Translations under genes and position numbers: made by a program
The notes under the pieces: generated by a model
Told to the model about the DNA's origin: nothing
Seen by the model: the letters and a program-made list of their open reading frames with translations, nothing else
Database searches by the model: none
In this document: positions 59,148-64,000 of the stretch, piece by piece
Numbering within the stretch: the stretch's first letter is position 1
Layout of the letters: the number at the start of each line of letters is the position of its first letter
From: Candidatus Lloydbacteria bacterium
GTDB lineage: Bacteria; Patescibacteriota; Minisyncoccia; Phycocordibacterales; UBA6899
Length of the DNA: 64,000 nucleotides
Assembly: GCA_043719805.1 (NCBI GenBank)
Contig: JAYSTI010000001.1
Span: 4,161 to 68,160, forward strand
Direction of reading: 5' to 3'

Positions 59148-59428
59148 GGGCAAAGCATACTCCTTGCATATTTGAGTGTCAATACAATGTCATTACGTAC
59201 TGGCCATGGTTTCCGGTTTTCTATTCAGATATCCCTCACTCTCCCTCATGCATCATCTATCAATGTGAAAATGTGCGGAGGTGTATATTTTTACACCTAC
59301 CAGCGAAATAGTACATTGCAGGGCCAATGGTTAATGAGAAGCGGCAAGGTACACCAGCAATCAATAAACTATATGAATTAAATGACGCAATACTTGACGG
59401 CGCCACGACTTACTGTCATACTGATGTC

Positions 59429-60427
59429 ATGAAAAAATATAAATTTTTAATGCTCGTAATTACTGGGCTTTTTCTTGCAGTTGTCGCTGAAGCGCAGGTG
59501 GGCGACCGAGTGATGGCAGTCCCGCAACCGCCAGTAGTCGTCACGACGACAACAGTCGACTGTCCGACATTCAGCCGAGGGTTTGGTCTTGGTATGAGGG
59601 GAACAGACGTTACGAATATTCAAAACATACTTATTGAGCAAAAATATCTCACCACGCAAGCAACCGGATATTTCGGACCGCTTACAAGAAGTGCGATGAT
59701 GAGATTTCAAAAAGATAGAGGCATTTCCGCTACGGGTTATTTTGGTACACTCTCGATGGCGCATGCGAATAGCACTTGCGGGAAACGAAATGGAGGAAAC
59801 TGGGGAATTCCGGCTACAAAACCGGCGCCATGCATGATGAAACCATGCCTTGAGGGAACTGCTTGCCCCCCTTGCGGAGAGACGACGACACCTCCGCTTA
59901 AGCCCGCGCCATGCCCAATGGTCTTATGTGAGGAAGGAAAAACGTGCCTACCATGTGGAGCCACAACAACACCGCCAATCACGCCTCCGATGCCACCCGT
60001 AGTCTCATGCACAATGGAAGCCCGCTTGTGCCCTGATGGAGGCGTTATGCCCCGAGATAACATTTGCGGATGGCGTCCGGAGCAATGCAAGCCAATCAAA
60101 CCGCTGCCATGCGATATGACAATGTGCGCAGCCGGAACAGCATGTTCACCATGTGGAGGAACAACCGCTCCACCAATGAAGCCACTACCATGCATGATGA
60201 AACCATGCCTTGAGGGAACCACTTGCCCCCCTTGCGGAGGAACGACAACTCCTCCGGAGAAGCCCTTGCCATGTCCAATGATGATGTGCGCGGCACCTCC
60301 AATGGGGTGCACATATCAACCCATCCCTGGTCAATGTGGGTGTGGAATACTTTCGTGCTCAGGAGTTTCGGGAACACCAACCGATATGCCGACTGACCCG
60401 ACCCCACACCCGCTTGAGGTAATGTAA
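59429..60427 (+). CDS. secreted peptidoglycan-binding protein with Cys/Pro/Met-rich repeats
   Basis: Signal peptide; LGMRGTDV..Q..L..TGYFGPLTR.A...FQ PG-binding domain; KPxPC repeats. Confidence 0.85.
   Translation: MKKYKFLMLVITGLFLAVVAEAQVGDRVMAVPQPPVVVTTTTVDCPTFSRGFGLGMRGTDVTNIQNILIEQKYLTTQATGYFGPLTRSAMMRFQKDRGISATGYFGTLSMAHANSTCGKRNGGNWGIPATKPAPCMMKPCLEGTACPPCGETTTPPLKPAPCPMVLCEEGKTCLPCGATTTPPITPPMPPVVSCTMEARLCPDGGVMPRDNICGWRPEQCKPIKPLPCDMTMCAAGTACSPCGGTTAPPMKPLPCMMKPCLEGTTCPPCGGTTTPPEKPLPCPMMMCAAPPMGCTYQPIPGQCGCGILSCSGVSGTPTDMPTDPTPHPLEVM
59828..60239 (+). repeat. 52 bp intragenic direct repeat (59828-59879 and 60188-60239)
   Basis: CCATGCATGATGAAACCATGCCTTGAGGGAAC..CTTGCCCCCCTTGCGGAG, 2 mismatches. 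Confidence 0.85.
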
Positions 60428-60596
60428 TCTCATCCACAAAAAACCTCTGTCGTTATTCCGGCAGAGGTTTTTTGTTTAATTTAATCGCGTGAATTTTCAT
60501 TCACCTCTTTTCTCTGTCTTCATCAGAATTTACAATCAATATAGAAGATGTTGAATTACTGGTATACTTGAGTCATTACTATCTATTTATGTAACT

Positions 60597-62186
60597 ATGT
60601 CAAAAAACGTCATTCTTTTTATCATTGGACTCATCGTCGTTTTCGGTGGCTCTGCGTACGTTAATACTCGCACTCCGAGCCTACCTGCTACTCCCGATGC
60701 GACAGAAACAAGAGTAGTGAGTCTCAAGAATGGGGAGACATATGATTTGTCGGCAGGCTACGTGATGAAAACCATAAATGGAAAAAACGTCCGGATGCTC
60801 GCATACAACGGAATGATTCCCGGTCCTACGCTTCGCGTGAATGAAGGTGACCAAGTGACCATTCATTTCACAAACAACACCGACATGTTGACACTTCTTC
60901 ATTCCCACGGAATACGCATGGATAACCAGTTTGACGGCACCCATCTCGTGCAGAAGGATATGCTTCCGGGTGAGTCATTCGATTACCAACTCAGGTTTGA
61001 TGATCCGGGCGCATACTGGTACCATCCGCATGTACGTGCGGACAAACAACAAGAGCTCGGTCTCTATGGCGCATACCTCGTTACGCCAAAAGATGCCAAT
61101 TACTGGCCTCCCGCAGATCGTGAAGAGGTACTTTTTCTTTCGGATATATTGATGGAAGGTGATGGAATCGCCCCATATAGTGACAAATATGTAACACATG
61201 CAATGATGGGTCGCTTCGGAAATACACAACTGGTAAACGGAGAGACAGTATTCAACATGAAAGCTAAACCGGGAGAGGTCCGCCGTCTCTATTTAATAAA
61301 CGCCGCATCAGTCCGCACCTTTAACTTTAGCATCGAGGGCGCGAGAATGAAGCTCGTTGGGAGCGACAACAGGAGGTACGAGAAAGACACGGCAATTGAC
61401 GCGGTGGTCGTCGCGCCGTCTGAACGCATGGTAGTTGACGTATATTTTCCAAACTTCGGTACTTACAAAATTGTCAACAAAACCCCCCTGACTACCTACC
61501 ACCTTGGTGATGTCAATGTATCAAATGAGACTGTTGCTTCGTCGAGTAAGTCATTTGAGGCACTTCGCGAGAACAAATTTGAGATCGACACATTCGCACC
61601 CTTTCGTCGCTATCTTAACAGTACCCCGGATAAACACATTCGACTCACGCTCAATGCAGACATGATGAAAATTATGGGATTCATGGGTAGCGGAATGTCC
61701 GGAATGAGTGGACACGAGCACGGTGGAGACTCATCCACATCAGGTACAAACGCTCCTATGGCGGGAATGATGTCCGGAAAGACGCCGCCACCCGTAGAGT
61801 GGGAAGACAACATGGGAGACATGAACACTTTTTCAACATCGGACACGGTAAAATGGGTCATTCGTGATGAGGAAACCGGAAAGGAAAATATGGATATTGC
61901 GTGGGAGTTCGCGAAGGACAGTCTTGTAAAAATCCGCATCAACAATGATGCGACGTCGATGCACCCAATGCAGCACCCTGTCCACTTCCACGGAAATCGA
62001 TTCGTGGTACTTTCCACAAATGGCATTCCAAACGAAAACATGGCATGGAAGGACACAACGCAGGTGGCGACGGGAGACGTCGTCGATATCCTACTAGAGA
62101 CATCAAACCCAGGGAAATGGATGGCACATTGCCACATTCTCGAACATCTCCACACTGGGATGATGCTTGGGTATGACGTAAGATAA
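60597..62186 (+). CDS. multicopper oxidase (CueO/laccase-like)
   Basis: HSHG, WYHPH, HPVHFHG, HCHILEH...GM; Met-rich loop. Confidence 0.95.
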   Translation: MSKNVILFIIGLIVVFGGSAYVNTRTPSLPATPDATETRVVSLKNGETYDLSAGYVMKTINGKNVRMLAYNGMIPGPTLRVNEGDQVTIHFTNNTDMLTLLHSHGIRMDNQFDGTHLVQKDMLPGESFDYQLRFDDPGAYWYHPHVRADKQQELGLYGAYLVTPKDANYWPPADREEVLFLSDILMEGDGIAPYSDKYVTHAMMGRFGNTQLVNGETVFNMKAKPGEVRRLYLINAASVRTFNFSIEGARMKLVGSDNRRYEKDTAIDAVVVAPSERMVVDVYFPNFGTYKIVNKTPLTTYHLGDVNVSNETVASSSKSFEALRENKFEIDTFAPFRRYLNSTPDKHIRLTLNADMMKIMGFMGSGMSGMSGHEHGGDSSTSGTNAPMAGMMSGKTPPPVEWEDNMGDMNTFSTSDTVKWVIRDEETGKENMDIAWEFAKDSLVKIRINNDATSMHPMQHPVHFHGNRFVVLSTNGIPNENMAWKDTTQVATGDVVDILLETSNPGKWMAHCHILEHLHTGMMLGYDVR

Positions 62187-62235
62187 TCCCACTCGCTTAA
62201 GGCGCTAATACGAAGTGTCGAAGCATGATTCAGGT

Positions 62236-62268
62236 AAACAAAAAACGCCTTCACGGCGTTTTTTGTTT
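62236..62268. terminator. bidirectional intrinsic terminator
   Basis: AAACAAAAAACGCC-TTCAC-GGCGTTTTTTGTTT. Confidence 0.8.
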
Positions 62269-62480
62269 TAGCTCGCCTTGTATCCAAGCTCCTCTATTGC
62301 CTTGATGATGGCATCCTTGTTTGTCTTCTCATCGTCATACTCCCAGTCCCCGTTTTTCGCATCGTATGAAACGAAAACGTTGTTGACACCCTCAATACCC
62401 TCTGTAACCATCTGAATTCCCGTCGCACACGATCCGCAGTGCATGCCCACGACGTCCATATGTAATTTTTGTAAAGCCAT
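62268..62480 (-). CDS. heavy-metal-associated (CopZ-like) chaperone
   Basis: GMHCGSC motif, AIEELGY. Confidence 0.9.
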   Translation of the reverse strand: MALQKLHMDVVGMHCGSCATGIQMVTEGIEGVNNVFVSYDAKNGDWEYDDEKTNKDAIIKAIEELGYKAS

Positions 62481-62516
62481 GACGTTCTGTATAGAACTAA
62501 TAATCTCACTCGTTGC

Positions 62517-63728
62517 CTATTTTATTTCTCTGATGATATCGGGTCGTTCGGCACCCGTAACCACCAATTCTCCAAGCGCCCCCTTGTCTACTGCGCGCGG
62601 TAGTGCGTGGTCGACAAGCAGAAACTTCCCGGGGACTTCCGTCGTGAATTCTGTCATCATCGCGCCCCCCGCAGGAACTATCGTTGTTTGCACATTGCGG
62701 TGCGGAGCAGAAATAATATCACCTTCGGGATAGAGCTTGTCCATTATCCCCCCAATGACGTGAAAGTTTGACGGAAGGAATGTTCCGACACCAAAAAAGA
62801 TGCGAATCGTTTCACCAACGTTGGCTTTGAGTGCGCGGTCCCCGGTGAGTGAGCCAACGCGCCCGTTGAACACGACGTATTCGGGGTGCTCCATGTCCAT
62901 CTTCTCTTTGCTGAATGCCTGCAATCCCTTGGCTCCGTATTTTCCTGCAGTATAGAACTCTCCCTGCATCACGTAAAATTCCTTATCAACCTTCGCCATA
63001 CCGGCCTTAGGTTCGACGAGGATCATGCCGTACATGCCATTCGCAATGTGCGTGGGAATATGCGCAGATGCACAATGGTAGATATAAATACCTGGGCGCA
63101 TTGCTTTAAATGAGAAAGTTTTTGTTTCACCATCCTTGACCTTCGTCAAACCCGCGCCACCACCTGGGCCAATGACCGAGTGAAGATCGACCGAGTGATC
63201 GGCGTGTGCGTGTGCTTTGTCGGGAGTTGCACCTCCATCCATATGCGCATCATCCTCCGTATCGTCGTGCCCCCCAGCCGCATGTGCTTCTTTTACAGAA
63301 AACGGGCCGGAGAGCGCAAAGGATAGCGGATCGAATTCGGAAGCAGATGCGCTGGCATGCCCAGCTTCACTGTGAAAAATCTTCACTTCGACAGTATCAC
63401 CTTCTTTCACGCGAATAAACTGCCCCGGTACCGTTCGATCGTATGTCCAAAAGTCATACTCGACACCATCCGCAAGTTTGCCGCGAACCGCAATGGCTTC
63501 GAGTGACACTTTTACGGTGGTATTTTCTTTGCGGGTGATTGGTGGAGGAACATCATCTGCGCGACGGCCAATCTCGGCGACCACCGGTATTCCCATTGCC
63601 CCACTTGCCATCGGCATCTGCACCTCTACTGCGCGATTAGTTGCATATGGCGAAATCGTATACTTATAAGTAAATCCAACTGCAAGAAACGCCGCTACTA
63701 CGCCAAGCACTACCCAAAATTGTTTCAT
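62517..63728 (-). CDS. nirK: copper-containing nitrite reductase
   Basis: HSVDLH, YHCA...HIANGMYG, SNFHVIG, LVDH. Confidence 0.9.
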   Translation of the reverse strand: MKQFWVVLGVVAAFLAVGFTYKYTISPYATNRAVEVQMPMASGAMGIPVVAEIGRRADDVPPPITRKENTTVKVSLEAIAVRGKLADGVEYDFWTYDRTVPGQFIRVKEGDTVEVKIFHSEAGHASASASEFDPLSFALSGPFSVKEAHAAGGHDDTEDDAHMDGGATPDKAHAHADHSVDLHSVIGPGGGAGLTKVKDGETKTFSFKAMRPGIYIYHCASAHIPTHIANGMYGMILVEPKAGMAKVDKEFYVMQGEFYTAGKYGAKGLQAFSKEKMDMEHPEYVVFNGRVGSLTGDRALKANVGETIRIFFGVGTFLPSNFHVIGGIMDKLYPEGDIISAPHRNVQTTIVPAGGAMMTEFTTEVPGKFLLVDHALPRAVDKGALGELVVTGAERPDIIREIK

Positions 63729-63748
63729 ACGTCTAAATTAATTTACTA

Positions 63749-64000
63749 TTAAGCTTGTGTGACCTCTGCATCTTTCTTGCCCTTCATTATTTGTTTTTCG
63801 ATTGGCGGGATGAAGCGCTTCAACATGAGTGAATTCGCCACAACGGAAATCGAGCTGAAGGCCATTGCGAATCCGGCAATTTCAGGACGAAGAACAGTCT
63901 GTGACAAACTAAAGATACCTTTTCCAAGTGCTCCACCAATCTTATCGGTAAATGTGATAACCCATGGCGCCGCCTGACCTGCTGTCTGCGTGAGCATAAG
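63749..64000 (-). CDS. P1B-type heavy-metal (Cu) ATPase, C-terminal part
   Basis: LRPEIAGFAMAFSSISVVANSLML; runs off window end. Confidence 0.8.
   Translation of the reverse strand, partial: LMLTQTAGQAAPWVITFTDKIGGALGKGIFSLSQTVLRPEIAGFAMAFSSISVVANSLMLKRFIPPIEKQIMKGKKDAEVTQA

Noticed and set aside
59820-60300. Regularly spaced repeats that could suggest a CRISPR array or a DGR template/variable pair
   Set aside because: They are in-frame protein repeats. There are no unique spacers, cas genes or reverse transcriptase, and the mismatches are not adenine-specific.

Overview
A 64 kb chromosomal segment, most likely from a Patescibacteria (CPR/Parcubacteria-like) genome. This assignment is an inference from the compact RpoB/RpoC, core genes lacking Shine-Dalgarno (SD) sites and many CPR-type hypotheticals. 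Core content: rpoB-rpoC-dnaG-rpoD, a SUF Fe-S operon, gmk, NAD kinase, engB, maf, a cyclophilin, several thiol-disulfide proteins, a MacAB-like ABC exporter (permease frameshifted), two type II toxin-antitoxin pairs and a copper cluster (multicopper oxidase, CopZ, NirK, 3' end of a P1B ATPase). I saw no rRNA, tRNA, CRISPR array, integrase or transposase. Four things stand out. (1) A phage T5 A1-like metallophosphoesterase nuclease with an N-terminal Zn ribbon lies convergent on an HslV-like Ntn hydrolase; between them is a promoter-driven, highly structured ~265 nt segment with no credible ORF. (2) About 15 stand-alone gene modules carrying an SD and usually their own promoter and terminator, several phage-like, are scattered among SD-less core genes and even inside the SUF operon. 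(3) Two families of structured intergenic repeats recur, with conserved cores and copy-specific arms, often overlapping stop codons. (4) Some proteins have altered catalytic or metal sites (Cys-less CcdA, NirK with a His-rich insertion). Family assignments come from motif recognition only; no database searches were run.
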